Of a DNA stretch of 64,000 nt, positions 1-10,746 are shown in pieces. Each line of letters opens with the position of its first letter. The stretch's first letter is position 1. Source of the stretch: Leucobacter denitrificans (GTDB taxonomy: Bacteria > Actinomycetota > Actinomycetes > Actinomycetales > Microbacteriaceae); contig JBEBUJ010000001.1 in the NCBI GenBank assembly GCA_040393365.1, positions 33,616 to 97,615 on the forward strand. Reading direction: 5' to 3'. The position numbers and the translations under genes were made by a program. A model generated the notes under the pieces. The model did not search any database. It worked only from the letters and a program-made list of their open reading frames with translations, and was not told the DNA's origin.

Positions 1-106
1 AGCTGGTGCTGCCGCTGTCGCGGCACAGGGAAAGTAGTCTTTCGGCTGCGTTCCCTGCGCTGCAATAGCAACGGGAATGCAGCCTCGGGCTTACCTCGGC
101 CCGAGT

Positions 107-304
107 TTACTTGTCTTCGCCTTCAGCGCTGTCGTCGTCGCTGTCGTCGCTGTATTTGTCTGCATACTCAGCCCAACGATCCTCGTCTGAGGGATTACTC
201 GAAGCGAGCTCGCGCTCAAGCTGCGAGTAATCGGTGTTCGGGCTGAAGTACTTCAGCTCCCGTGCGACCTTGGTGTGCTTTGCCTTCTGACGGCCGCGCC
301 CCAT
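107..304 (-). CDS. DUF3073 family small protein
   Basis: MGRGRQKAKHTKVARELKYFSPNTDYSQLEREL is the typical DUF3073 N-terminus; start trimmed to ATG at 304. Confidence 0.85.
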   Translation of the reverse strand: MGRGRQKAKHTKVARELKYFSPNTDYSQLERELASSNPSDEDRWAEYADKYSDDSDDDSAEGEDK

Positions 305-424
305 GCGTGACCCCCTTACACATTCGGGCCTCGCATAAATGCGAGGCAGTACTTCTTTCAACATGGACGTATGGGGTTGATTCTAGCATGTGCTGATGCG
401 CACTTGCAGCGATACGATGTGGAT

Positions 425-1072
425 ATGAACGAGTCAGCATCCAAACGATCCGTCTCGCGCATTGTGCTGGTTGCGCTGCTCCTGGTGGCGCTCGTCGTGC
501 TCGCTGTCGTCGCTACAGTGTTGCTTCCCATACTCACGCACCGCAGCGCTGGCGGGTCCGGCCAAGAAATCCCCGCTCATTACGTCTCAGAGTCGAGTGC
601 GACCGGTGCTGACGGGCGCACTCGAGCATTGAAGGTCACTTCGGATGACGGTGAGCCCGCAGATTTGTCCGCGGTACGCGTGGGTGATGAGCTGGTCGTG
701 TCGGGTGACGGATTTGATTCCGGCATCGGCATATACGTGAGTTTTTGCGCTATTCCCGAGTCGCCGGATATAAAGCCGGGCCCGTGTCTCGGGGGTATCC
801 CCGAGGGTGCGGAGGAAGGTGACATCGACTCTGGCCATGCGCTATCGAGTGCGTGGGTGACGAACGACTGGGCGTGGCGCGCATTTGCCTCGCACACGTA
901 TGAGAGTTCCGCGGAGGGTTCGTTTGAAGTGCGCCTCACCGTGCCAGAACCGGTAAGTGATGTGCTCGACTGCATCGCACAGAAGTGTGCAATCGTGACT
1001 CGGGCCGACCACACCGCGAGCAGCGACCGAGTGCAAGACATGTTGCTCCCCATCGCGTTCGCACAGGACTGA
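425..1072 (+). CDS. Membrane-anchored surface protein with a Cys-containing Ig-like (neocarzinostatin-apoprotein-like) domain
   Basis: N-terminal hydrophobic helix; GIYVSFC..PCLGG..GSFEVRLTV..DC....CAIVTRADH..DR pattern seen in actinobacterial surface proteins. Confidence 0.55.
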   Translation: MNESASKRSVSRIVLVALLLVALVVLAVVATVLLPILTHRSAGGSGQEIPAHYVSESSATGADGRTRALKVTSDDGEPADLSAVRVGDELVVSGDGFDSGIGIYVSFCAIPESPDIKPGPCLGGIPEGAEEGDIDSGHALSSAWVTNDWAWRAFASHTYESSAEGSFEVRLTVPEPVSDVLDCIAQKCAIVTRADHTASSDRVQDMLLPIAFAQD

Positions 1073-1080
1073 ACGCGCTT

Positions 1081-2376
1081 CTACACGCCCGCGAGCGGGG
1101 CAATGATGAGCTGCGCAATCGCAAAAATTGCGAGTCCCGCGAGCGATCCAATCACGGTGCCATTGATGCGGATGTATTGCAGATCCTTACCAACCTGCAG
1201 TTCGATCTTCTCGGCGGCCTCCTGAGTGTCCCACCGCTGTACGGTGTCAGAGACGACCTGCGCGAGGTCGTGTCTGTAGGTGCTCACAAGATATTCCACG
1301 ACGTTCATAACCCACACATCAATCTTGAACTGCAGAGTCGAATCGGCTTCGAGGTTGTGCCCAAAATCCTGCAGAGCAACGGTCATGCGCTGTCTCAATT
1401 CGCTCTGCGGGTCCTCGAGCATCTCGACGAGCGCGGCGCGAGCGGCCTGCCAGGTGCTCGCGGCGAGGGTACGGATCCTCGGACTATTGAACACCTCGTG
1501 TTTGAACGCTTCCAGTTGCTCCTGTAGCGAATCCTGGTGCTGGAGGTCGTGCGAGAGATCCTCAAGAAACCTAGTGATCGCCGAGCGCGCAGGGTGATCG
1601 GGCTCAGTTGCTACACGGCGCACGAAACGCACAGCTTCGGCGTGAATGCGGTGATCCACAAACCGATCGACAATGCTCGGCACCCACTGCGGTAATTGAG
1701 ATGACAGCATCTGGTCGAATGCGCGAGGGTGCTGTACGAGCCACTGCTCGATGCGTCCCGCCGAGAGCTCGACGAGTGCCTCATGGTGCCCTCCGGTCAC
1801 GAATGACTCGGTTGCCCGACCGAGCAGCGGCCCCCATTCAGGATCCACAACGTGGCGTCGCACGAGCGACTCGGTGAGTTCTTGCACGTCTGCGTCATCG
1901 AGCACGGTGAGCGCACCGAGTGCGATACCGGAGATCATTTCACTGACCCGTTCGGCATGGCCTGGGGTGCAGAGCCACTCGCCCGCCATGCGCGCCCCGC
2001 TGATCTCTGAAAGCTTGTTATGCACAACGTCGTCTGCGAGGAAGTTCTCTTCGATGAAAGAGCCAAGACCCTCACCAATCTCATCTTTCTTGTTGGCGAT
2101 GAGGTTCGTGTGCGGAATCGGAAGCCCGAGCGGATGCCGGAAGAGCGCGGTCACCGCAAACCAGTCGGCAAGCGCGCCGACCATGCCGCCCTCGCTCGCG
2201 GCGCGCACGTATGCAAGCCAAGGAAGCCGGTCTTGAAAGATGAACGAAACGACAAACAGTACCGCCATGAAACCCAAGAGGCCGAGAGCGAGCCCCTGCA
2301 TGCGCCTGAGCGAATGCAGTCGGTCAAAATCGGCGGGGGTAACGGCACCGAGTGTTCGGCGGTGGATCACAGGCAC
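1081..2376 (-). CDS. DUF445 family membrane protein
   Basis: EGGMVGALADWFAVTALFRHPLGLPIPHT and VGKDLQYIRINGT signatures. Confidence 0.9.
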   Translation of the reverse strand: MPVIHRRTLGAVTPADFDRLHSLRRMQGLALGLLGFMAVLFVVSFIFQDRLPWLAYVRAASEGGMVGALADWFAVTALFRHPLGLPIPHTNLIANKKDEIGEGLGSFIEENFLADDVVHNKLSEISGARMAGEWLCTPGHAERVSEMISGIALGALTVLDDADVQELTESLVRRHVVDPEWGPLLGRATESFVTGGHHEALVELSAGRIEQWLVQHPRAFDQMLSSQLPQWVPSIVDRFVDHRIHAEAVRFVRRVATEPDHPARSAITRFLEDLSHDLQHQDSLQEQLEAFKHEVFNSPRIRTLAASTWQAARAALVEMLEDPQSELRQRMTVALQDFGHNLEADSTLQFKIDVWVMNVVEYLVSTYRHDLAQVVSDTVQRWDTQEAAEKIELQVGKDLQYIRINGTVIGSLAGLAIFAIAQLIIAPLAGV

Positions 2377-2441
2377 TCCTCTATTATGCGCTCTTTGCAG
2401 ACCCGATCATTTATCAGTGAGCCCGTGAAATAATTCACAGC

Positions 2442-5400
2442 ATGCATCTCCTCACCGTGCTCAGCCTCAAGAACAGAGCACTCATAGCGCTCGTCACCAT
2501 TGTGGCGGCGGTGTTCGGAGTCATCAGCATGAGTTCGCTGAAGCAGGAACTCATGCCCTCAATTGAGTATCCCGCGATCGCCGTGGTTACCACCTACCCG
2601 GGTGCCTCGCCCGAGGTGGTGAACAACGATGTCTCTGGGCCGATCGAAACCGCATTGCGCGGGGTACCGCAGCTCGAGAACACGACGGCGACCTCGAACA
2701 CGGGAAGTTCGGTTGTGCTTGCTGAGTTCACGTATGGCGTCGATATCCCGGCCACCGAGCAAAAGGTCGAGCGTGCTGTCAGCCGCATTTCTCAAATGCT
2801 GCCGTCGACCGCAGACACTCAGGTGCTCGCCGGCAGCCTCGACGACTTTCCGATCATTCAGATCGCGGTGACACCGCCAGCGGGCGTTGATGCAGAAGAG
2901 ACCGCAAGACTTATCGATCGCCTCGTGGTTCCCTCGCTCGGCGATCTTGATGGCGTGCGCCAGGCGCAGCTCTCGGGGGCCCGTGGCGACCGGGTCACGA
3001 TTCTGCCCGACGCAGATGCGCTGGCCGATCGCGGCCTGACCACCCAATCGATCACCGATGCCTTGCAGCAAAGCGGTGTGCTCGTTGCGGGAGGAACCGT
3101 GGAGAACGAGGGTTCGACGCTCGCGGTGCAACTCGGGTCGAGACTCACCTCCGCAAATGACATCTCCTCGATTACCATTCCCCGTACTGCGCAGGAGTTT
3201 GCCGCGTACCAGCAGGCTCTGCAGGCCCAGCAAGCACAGCAGGCCCAGCAAGCACAGTTGGCGCAGCAGGGGCAGACGTTGCCCCCGGGTGTGTCGGTCG
3301 AGGCTCCATCGCTCAGCGAGGTCGTATCCATCGGAGATGTTGCGGACGTCACGCTCGAACCGAATCCGATCACCGGGTACTCTCGCGTCAACGGAGAACC
3401 CGCACTCACGATCGCCGTGACGAAGACGTCGCAGGCGAATACCGTCGAGGTGTCTCACCTCGTGCAGCAGCAGATCGATGATATTTCTGAGCAGCTCGGC
3501 GGCGCAGAGCTTACTGTGGTGTTCGATCAAGCTCCGTATGTCGAACAGTCGATCGAGTCGCTCACAACCGAGGGCCTGCTCGGTCTCGTGTTCGCGGTGC
3601 TCATCATCCTTGTGTTCCTCATGTCGGTGCGTGCAACGCTCGTCACGGCCATCTCAATTCCGACGTCGGTGCTCCTCGCGTTCATCGGGTTGAACTTCGC
3701 CGAGTACACGCTCAACATGCTCACGCTCGGGGCGCTCACGATCTCAATCGGACGCGTGGTTGACGACTCGATTGTGGTCATCGAGAACATCAAGCGCCAC
3801 CTCGTCGTCGGGGCTGACAGAACGCGCACCATTATCCGCGCTGTGCGCGAGGTAGCCGGTGCGATCACGGCCGCGACCATTACTACCGTTGCGGTGTTCC
3901 TCCCAATGGCCTTCGTGAGCGGCATGGTCGGGGAGCTGTTCAAACCGTTCGCCTTCACCGTGACGATTGCGCTTGCCGCGTCGCTGTTCGTGTCACTCAC
4001 CATCGTGCCGGTGCTTGCCTATTGGTTCTTGAAGCCAGAGAAGCGCAAAGATGTGGCCCCAGCGACCTCGAAGTCCGAGGAGAGCAGCGAGGCCCGGGCG
4101 ACGAACTGGCTCGCCAAGGGCTACCGGCCGATCATCGAATGGACCCTGAAGCGCCCAGCCATCACGTTACTCATCTCGGTGCTCATTCTTGGCGGAACAG
4201 TGCTTGCGACCCCGTTCATGAAAACAAACTTCCTGAGCGAAGATGAACAGAACTCGATCGGTCTCACGCAGACGCTCGCACCGGGTGTGAGCCTCGATGC
4301 GCAGCTCGAACAGGTCGAGCGCGTCGAGGGAGCCCTCGAGGATGTGCCTGAGATCGAGATCGTACAGGTCTCGATTGGCGGCGACGACTCCGGCATTGCC
4401 GCACTCTTCGGCGGTGGATCGGATGGGGCGATCAGTTACTCGCTCACGATTGATCCGGATGCAGATCAAGCGGCAGTGAAGGAGTCGATCCGCTCTGCCG
4501 TCGATGTGCTCGATGACGCGGGTGAATTTGCACTCGGCCAATCTGGTGGCGGTGTCTCGCTGACGAGCGCGATTCAGGTGAATGTCACAGCGCCAGATCA
4601 GGAGACTCTCGCTGAAGCGAGTGACGCGGTTGTTGAAGAGCTCAAGAAACAATCCAGTCTCGAGCAGATCGAGAGCGATCTCGGCAGCTCACGCCCATAC
4701 CTCAGTGTCACGGTGGATCGCGAGGCGGCAGCAGAAGCGGGACTGAGTGAGGTCGCCGTTGCAAGCATGGTCTCGGGTAGCATGCAGCCGAGCCGCGTCG
4801 GAGAGATCACAATCGACGACTCGACCGTGAACGTCTACGTGGATCTCGGTGTCGCGCCCGAAGACATCGATGGCGTGGAAGCGCTGAAGGTACAGACTGC
4901 GCTCGGTGAGAAGCGACTCGACGAGCTCGCGACAGTTGAACTCGCCGATGGGCCGGTCACTGTGCGCACCGAGAACAATCAGCGCATGGTGACGGTATCG
5001 GCACTACCAAAGGCCGACGACCTCACCGTCGCGAGCGCAGAGGTGACGAGCGCGCTCGAAGCGGTCAACCTGCCAACCGGAGCCGCGGCGAGCATCGGCG
5101 GCGTCATGTCGCAGCAGGCAGATGCGTTCGAACAGCTCGGCCTCGCGTTGCTCGCAGCGATCCTCATTGTGTATGTCGTTATGGTTGCGACGTTCCGCAG
5201 CCTCCTCCAACCGCTGCTGCTGCTCGTTTCTGTGCCGTTCGCCGCGACCGGCGCGCTGCTGCTACTCATCGCGACGGGCATACCGCTCGGCGTAGCGTCG
5301 CTCATCGGCGTGCTCATGCTCATCGGCATCGTAGTGACGAACGCGATCGTGCTCGTCGACCTCGTGAATCAATACCGAGAGCGAGGTGACGCGCTTCGGG

Positions 5401-5726
5401 AGGCCGTGCTGCACGGATCCCTGCAGCGTCTTCGCCCCATCGTAATGACGGCTCTCGCGACAATTCTGGCGCTCACGCCGATGGCGCTCGGGGTCACGGG
5501 CAAGGGCGGCTTCATCTCGCAGCCGCTCGCCGTGGTGGTGATCGGTGGATTGCTCTCATCAACCGTGCTCACCCTTGTGGTCCTCCCCACGTTCTACTAC
5601 ATCGTGGAACGCCGACGCGAAACCCTGCGGGAACGCCGCGCCGCTCGCCGTAGCGCCCGGGAGAGCGCGCAGTCTGACCAGCAGGAACGCCCCGAGCCGG
5701 CGGCGCCTGCAGGGGGCGAGGACTGA
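2442..5726 (+). CDS. RND efflux permease (AcrB/SwrC-like)
   Basis: 1094 aa, two TM clusters, GRVVDDSIVVIENI and RLRPIVMT motifs. Confidence 0.95.
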   Translation: MHLLTVLSLKNRALIALVTIVAAVFGVISMSSLKQELMPSIEYPAIAVVTTYPGASPEVVNNDVSGPIETALRGVPQLENTTATSNTGSSVVLAEFTYGVDIPATEQKVERAVSRISQMLPSTADTQVLAGSLDDFPIIQIAVTPPAGVDAEETARLIDRLVVPSLGDLDGVRQAQLSGARGDRVTILPDADALADRGLTTQSITDALQQSGVLVAGGTVENEGSTLAVQLGSRLTSANDISSITIPRTAQEFAAYQQALQAQQAQQAQQAQLAQQGQTLPPGVSVEAPSLSEVVSIGDVADVTLEPNPITGYSRVNGEPALTIAVTKTSQANTVEVSHLVQQQIDDISEQLGGAELTVVFDQAPYVEQSIESLTTEGLLGLVFAVLIILVFLMSVRATLVTAISIPTSVLLAFIGLNFAEYTLNMLTLGALTISIGRVVDDSIVVIENIKRHLVVGADRTRTIIRAVREVAGAITAATITTVAVFLPMAFVSGMVGELFKPFAFTVTIALAASLFVSLTIVPVLAYWFLKPEKRKDVAPATSKSEESSEARATNWLAKGYRPIIEWTLKRPAITLLISVLILGGTVLATPFMKTNFLSEDEQNSIGLTQTLAPGVSLDAQLEQVERVEGALEDVPEIEIVQVSIGGDDSGIAALFGGGSDGAISYSLTIDPDADQAAVKESIRSAVDVLDDAGEFALGQSGGGVSLTSAIQVNVTAPDQETLAEASDAVVEELKKQSSLEQIESDLGSSRPYLSVTVDREAAAEAGLSEVAVASMVSGSMQPSRVGEITIDDSTVNVYVDLGVAPEDIDGVEALKVQTALGEKRLDELATVELADGPVTVRTENNQRMVTVSALPKADDLTVASAEVTSALEAVNLPTGAAASIGGVMSQQADAFEQLGLALLAAILIVYVVMVATFRSLLQPLLLLVSVPFAATGALLLLIATGIPLGVASLIGVLMLIGIVVTNAIVLVDLVNQYRERGDALREAVLHGSLQRLRPIVMTALATILALTPMALGVTGKGGFISQPLAVVVIGGLLSSTVLTLVVLPTFYYIVERRRETLRERRAARRSARESAQSDQQERPEPAAPAGGED
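3221..3256 (+). repeat. In-frame 18-bp tandem repeat x2 in a Gln-rich insertion of the RND permease
   Basis: GCAGGCCCAGCAAGCACA twice. Confidence 0.85.
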
Positions 5727-5729
5727 GAC

Positions 5730-7253
5730 GTGGCACAGAAGCGGCGGCGCGGGTTTAAAGCGCCGAAGAATTACGATCCGAACAGGGGACGAGCGCCGAA
5801 GCGAAAGTACGGCACCCGAGCCGAGGGTGCGGGGAGCGCAGATGCCTCTTCGGGCGGCACGAGGTCTCCCAAAGATGCGGCAGATCGCAGGTCACCTGCG
5901 GGCGCTCAGGCGAGTGCGAGCGCCAAGTCGGGCGCCGACGCTCGGGGTGGATCGAGCTCTGAAGCTCAGGCCCCGCAGCAGCGGGGGCCCGGCCCGCGGA
6001 AGTTCGAGGCGAAACTCACCACGGCTGAAGACACGGTTGGCAAGACATTTGCGAGCCTCGGGCTCGGTCAGAATCTTGTGCGAACGCTCGGTGAGCTCGG
6101 CGCCGAGTCACCTTTTCCGATCCAGGTTGCCACGATTCCAGACGCGATCGCGGGCCGAGACATCCTCGGGCGAGCGGAGACGGGATCTGGCAAGACGATC
6201 GCGTTCGGTGCCGCCCTCGTCGAGCGGCTGCTCGCGCTGAAAGCCCAAGGCTTGCTGGGGGAGAAGCGATCCACACAACATGCGAAACCCGCGAAGCGCG
6301 GTGAGCGCATCGACCGCGGAAAACGCACCCCCGCGCGGAACCCGAAAGCACTCATTCTCGCCCCGACCCGCGAGCTTGCGCTGCAGATCGATCGCACGGT
6401 GCAGCCGCTTGCGAGGTCGGTCGGCTTTTACACCGCACAGCTCGTAGGCGGGGTGCCCATCGACCCGCAGGTGCATGCGCTTGAGCGTGGCATCGACATC
6501 GTCATCGGAACGCCCGGGCGCATTCGCGACCTGGTGCAACGTCGCAAGCTCGACCTCCGCGAGGTGCTGGTCTCGGTCATCGACGAGGCAGATCACCTGT
6601 GCGAGCTTGGGTTTCTCGAGGCGACGCAGTGGACGCTCAGGCAGACGGTGCGGGGCGGGCAGCGCCTGCTCTTTTCAGCGACGCTCGACCGGGAGGTTGA
6701 GGAGCTCGTCGCTGAGTTTCTCACTGATCCGGCCGCGCACGAGGCGCCGAAGACCCATTCTACCGTGCCGCACCGGGTGTTCATGGTGCTTCGCGAGGAG
6801 AAGGACGAGGCGGTGCTCGAGTTCGCACAGTTACGCGGGCGGATCATGTTGTTCTGTCGCACGCGCGCCTACGCCGAGCGGGTTACTGAACTGCTGACAG
6901 GCGCCGGCATCTCGGCCACATCGCTTCATGGAAACCTGAGCCAAGCGCGGCGTGAACGCAACCTCGAAAAGTTTGCGACCGGAAGATCGCGCGTGCTCGT
7001 GGCGACAGATGTGGCGGCGCGAGGGATCCACATCGATGACGTTGATGTTGTGGTGCAGCTCGACCCACCCGACGACGCCAAGACCTTTGTGCACCGCTCT
7101 GGTCGCACCGGGCGCGCTGGCCGAGAGGGCGAGGTCATCACGCTTATACCGAGGACTCGCCAGAAACGCACCCGCGAGCAGCTCGAAGAAGCGGGTATTG
7201 AACCCACGTTCTTTGGGGCGTATGAACCCGGTACTGCGTCGAACCGTCGCTAG
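5730..7253 (+). CDS. DEAD-box RNA helicase
   Basis: Q motif, AETGSGKT, PTRELA, TPGR, DEAD, SAT, HRSGRTGR. Confidence 0.95.
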   Translation: MAQKRRRGFKAPKNYDPNRGRAPKRKYGTRAEGAGSADASSGGTRSPKDAADRRSPAGAQASASAKSGADARGGSSSEAQAPQQRGPGPRKFEAKLTTAEDTVGKTFASLGLGQNLVRTLGELGAESPFPIQVATIPDAIAGRDILGRAETGSGKTIAFGAALVERLLALKAQGLLGEKRSTQHAKPAKRGERIDRGKRTPARNPKALILAPTRELALQIDRTVQPLARSVGFYTAQLVGGVPIDPQVHALERGIDIVIGTPGRIRDLVQRRKLDLREVLVSVIDEADHLCELGFLEATQWTLRQTVRGGQRLLFSATLDREVEELVAEFLTDPAAHEAPKTHSTVPHRVFMVLREEKDEAVLEFAQLRGRIMLFCRTRAYAERVTELLTGAGISATSLHGNLSQARRERNLEKFATGRSRVLVATDVAARGIHIDDVDVVVQLDPPDDAKTFVHRSGRTGRAGREGEVITLIPRTRQKRTREQLEEAGIEPTFFGAYEPGTASNRR

Positions 7254-7382
7254 AGGGTTGCGATAGTTTCTTGTGCACCGCATTGGTGGTTTTGCACAAT
7301 CGTCAGGTCTCTGCCGGTGATGAGGTTGTCGAGTGAACGGTGGCCGCTTGAATGCGCCTGATGTGCCGCCTAGCCTGGCAAT

Positions 7383-9440
7383 ATGACTAGGGTGCCACGC
7401 TTAAACGTACAACTTGTCGCGGATTCGCTCCTCGGCAAATGGAAGACCGAACGGCTCGCATCACGTGCGCTGGCGTCTGAAGAACGCTTTCACACGATAC
7501 ACGGCCAGCCCATGGACGAGCATCGTATTCGTGCGCTCGGCCAGCTGCAGCAACTCGCCGATGAGGGGGCCGTGCAGCGCGCATTCCCGAAGGATCTTGG
7601 GGGTGGCGACAACCACGGTGGCAACGTCGCGTCGTTCGAAGAACTCGTGCTCGCCGACCCGTCCATGCAGATCAAGGCCGGCGTGCAGTGGGGGCTCTTT
7701 GGCTCCGCAATTCTGCACCTCGGAACTGAGGAGCACCATAAGAAGTGGCTGCCCGCAGTGATGGATCTCTCCTTGCCGGGAGCGTTCGCAATGACCGAGA
7801 TTGGGCACGGTTCTGATGTCGCCTCGGTCGGAACCACGGCGACATACGACCCAGAAGCAGAAGAGTTCGAGATCCACACCCCGTTCGCTGGGGCGTGGAA
7901 GGAGTTTCTCGGCAATGCGGCGCTCCACGGACAAGCGGCTGTGGTCTTCGCCCAACTCATTACGAAGGGTGTGAACCATGGCGTGCACGCGTTCTTCGTA
8001 CCGATCCGCACCCCCGACGGCGAGATGATGCCGGGCGTCGGCAGCGAAGATGACGGCGTGAAGGGCGGCCTGAACGGTATCGACAATGGTCGGTTGCATT
8101 TCACACACGTGCGGATTCCGCGAGAGCACCTGCTCAACCGGTACGGCAACGTCGAGGCTGACGGCACGTACTCGTCACCGATCGAGAGTCCAGGCCGACG
8201 CTTCTTCACGATGATCGGCACGCTCGTGCAGGGGCGTGTTTCGCTTGATGGATCGGCCGTGCGCGCGATGCAGGCGGCGCTTACAATCGCGATCCGCTAT
8301 GGCAATGAACGTCGCCAGTTTCCGGGCGCCTCAGGCCGCGAGATCGTGCTGCTCGACTACGGTCAGCACCAGCGCAGGCTTATGCCGCGTCTCGCCCAGA
8401 CCTACGCGATGGCGTATGCCAGCGAGCGGTTGCTCACGGTCTTCGACGAAGTGTTCTCAGGCGTGAAAGACACCGATGAGAATCGCGAAGACCTTGAGAC
8501 CCTCGCGGCCGGGCTCAAACCGCTGTCGACCTGGGCTGCGCTCGACACGCTTCAAGAGGCGCGCGAGGCGTGCGGTGGAGCCGGCTTCATGGCGAAGAAT
8601 CGCCTCACTGGCCTGCGCGCTGATCTCGATATCTATGTCACGTTCGAGGGCGACAACAATGTGCTCCTGCAACTCGTAGGCAAGCGGTTGCTCACTGACT
8701 ATGCCGACCAGTTCAAGGACGGAGATAAGGCAGCCTACGCACGTGCGGCAGCGAGCCAGCTTGGCGATCGCGTGAGCCGGTTTGGGCTGCGGCAACTCGG
8801 CCAGAGCATCGCTGACCTTGGGCAGATGGCGCGATCCATTGAGAGCTTGCGCACCGCGGAGGCGCAACGCGAGTTGCTCGCCGACCGGGTTGAAACGATG
8901 ATCGCCGAAATCGCTTCGGCGCTGCGCGACGCAGGAAAGGATGTGCCGAAGGCCGAACGAACTCAGCTGAGCGAAGACGCGTTCAACGCGCAACAGCACA
9001 AGCTCATTCAGGCGGCGACGGCGCACGTCGAACTCCTGCAGTGGGAGGCGTTGACCGAAGAAGTCGAAAAGCTCACGGATCCGGGAACGAAGCAGATCAT
9101 GACGTGGGTGCGCGATCTCTTTGGGCTCGGCCTGCTCGAGCGCAACATGACCTGGTTCCTCGTGCACGGTCGCATCTCGGGTCAGCGCGCCGAGGCGCTC
9201 ACTGCCTATGTTGATCGTCTCATCCGCCGGGTGCGCGAACACGCGGTCGACCTCGTCGATGCGTTTGGACTGCCAGACGAACTTCTGCGAGCCGAGATTG
9301 CGACAGGTATCGAGGCCGAACGCCAGGAGGAAGCCCAAGCCTACGTAGACGCGCAGCGCGCAGCAGGCACCTGGCCCGTGCACGAGAAAGAGCTGCGCGC
9401 CCAGGCGAAAGCTGAGGCGAAGAAGGCCGCGCGCCGGTAG
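7383..9440 (+). CDS. Acyl-CoA oxidase/dehydrogenase
   Basis: FAMTEIGHGSDV, GLNGIDNG, EAREACGGAGF, TFEGDNNVL motifs. Confidence 0.9.
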   Translation: MTRVPRLNVQLVADSLLGKWKTERLASRALASEERFHTIHGQPMDEHRIRALGQLQQLADEGAVQRAFPKDLGGGDNHGGNVASFEELVLADPSMQIKAGVQWGLFGSAILHLGTEEHHKKWLPAVMDLSLPGAFAMTEIGHGSDVASVGTTATYDPEAEEFEIHTPFAGAWKEFLGNAALHGQAAVVFAQLITKGVNHGVHAFFVPIRTPDGEMMPGVGSEDDGVKGGLNGIDNGRLHFTHVRIPREHLLNRYGNVEADGTYSSPIESPGRRFFTMIGTLVQGRVSLDGSAVRAMQAALTIAIRYGNERRQFPGASGREIVLLDYGQHQRRLMPRLAQTYAMAYASERLLTVFDEVFSGVKDTDENREDLETLAAGLKPLSTWAALDTLQEAREACGGAGFMAKNRLTGLRADLDIYVTFEGDNNVLLQLVGKRLLTDYADQFKDGDKAAYARAAASQLGDRVSRFGLRQLGQSIADLGQMARSIESLRTAEAQRELLADRVETMIAEIASALRDAGKDVPKAERTQLSEDAFNAQQHKLIQAATAHVELLQWEALTEEVEKLTDPGTKQIMTWVRDLFGLGLLERNMTWFLVHGRISGQRAEALTAYVDRLIRRVREHAVDLVDAFGLPDELLRAEIATGIEAERQEEAQAYVDAQRAAGTWPVHEKELRAQAKAEAKKAARR

Positions 9441-9459
9441 CTCAGGTTCGCCTGGAAGC

Positions 9460-10380
9460 ATGGCAAGTATGGATCTCCAACGTGTGCTCGAAACCGTGTA
9501 TGACTCTGTTCAACCACTCATTGGGTCGGGCAATGTGGCTGAGTACATTCCTCGTCTCGCAGCGGTGAACCCAGACCAATTTGGAATGGCGGTCAGCACG
9601 GTCGACGGAGAGAGATACGCGGTTGGTGACTCCGCGGTCGAGTTCTCAATCCAGAGCATCTCGAAAGTGTTTTCGCTTGCCCTTGCGATTGCTGGGGATG
9701 ACGAGGAGATCTGGGCGCGAGTGGGTCGTGAGCCATCGGGCGCGGCATTCAATTCGCTCGCGCAGCTCGAGTACAAGCGCGGCATTCCGCGCAATCCGTT
9801 CATGAATGCGGGTGCGCTTGTGGTTGTGGATCACCTCATATCGCTCGAGGAACAGCACGTGCCCTCCGTGCTCGATTTTCTCCGAACGGAATCGGGGAAC
9901 GAGAGCATCTCAATCGACGCATTGACCGCTGCGTCTGAGCTCTCTCACGGCGATAGAAATGCTGCAACCGCCCACTTTTTACGGAGCTTCGGAAACCTCC
10001 GTAACGAGGTTTCTCAGGTACTCGACAGTTATGTGAATCAGTGTTCAATTGCGATTTCGTGCGAGGACCTCGCAACCGCCGGGCTCTTTCTCGCCCGTGA
10101 CGGTCAGGGGAATCACGGACGCGAATGGCTCACTGAGGCCCAGGCGAAGCGAGTCAATGCGGTCATGCTTACTTCGGGTTTCTATGACGCGGCGGGCGAG
10201 TTCGCCTACCGCGTGGGACTGCCAGGCAAGTCGGGTGTCGGCGGCGGTATCCTCGCGATCGTTCCCGACGTGTGCTCAATTTGTGTGTGGGGGCCGGGCC
10301 TCGATGCCTCCGGTAACTCGCTCATAGGTATGGCGGCGCTGGGTGAACTTACGGATAGGACAGGCTGGTCGATTTTCTAG
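9460..10380 (+). CDS. glsA: Glutaminase
   Basis: VAEYIP, FSIQSISK (SxxK), GREPSG, NPFMNAGA, PGKSGVGGGI. Confidence 0.95.
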   Translation: MASMDLQRVLETVYDSVQPLIGSGNVAEYIPRLAAVNPDQFGMAVSTVDGERYAVGDSAVEFSIQSISKVFSLALAIAGDDEEIWARVGREPSGAAFNSLAQLEYKRGIPRNPFMNAGALVVVDHLISLEEQHVPSVLDFLRTESGNESISIDALTAASELSHGDRNAATAHFLRSFGNLRNEVSQVLDSYVNQCSIAISCEDLATAGLFLARDGQGNHGREWLTEAQAKRVNAVMLTSGFYDAAGEFAYRVGLPGKSGVGGGILAIVPDVCSICVWGPGLDASGNSLIGMAALGELTDRTGWSIF

Positions 10381-10461
10381 AAATTTCTCTTGAAGCCGCG
10401 AGCGTCCCATTGGGCGCGTTAGCCTTCTGAAGTTACGCCACCTAGCACGAAGGAGAAATCG

Positions 10462-10725
10462 ATGAAGATGATGGCCCGCATTGCAGCAGGAGCGCTCGCT
10501 CTCGGCGCTCTCACGGGAGTTGGGGTAGTTGCTTCCCCGGCGCCCGCCGAGGCAACAACACAGGCTTACAGCATCAGCCGATCGACAGGTTCGGCCTGCT
10601 CAGATGCTCTCAACCAGGCGATGCGTGTCAAGCGGGTAATGGGCTTCCGCGTGCATGGGGTGAAGGGGTGCACCCAGTGGCCTGGTGGGGGCTACTGGAA
10701 CGCTCATTTCTACTACTCCTGGTAG
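10462..10725 (+). CDS. Small secreted protein (Sec signal, two Cys)
   Basis: AAGGAG RBS, signal peptide ending AEA, own downstream terminator. Confidence 0.75.
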   Translation: MKMMARIAAGALALGALTGVGVVASPAPAEATTQAYSISRSTGSACSDALNQAMRVKRVMGFRVHGVKGCTQWPGGGYWNAHFYYSW

Positions 10726-10746
10726 GACTGGTAGCGGTACCGAGAT

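Noticed and set aside
8457-9461. Long antisense ORFs (also 2559..3530, 29111..30265, 47508..48539)
   Set aside because: Shadow frames of well-supported genes, expected in GC-rich DNA; no recognisable motifs
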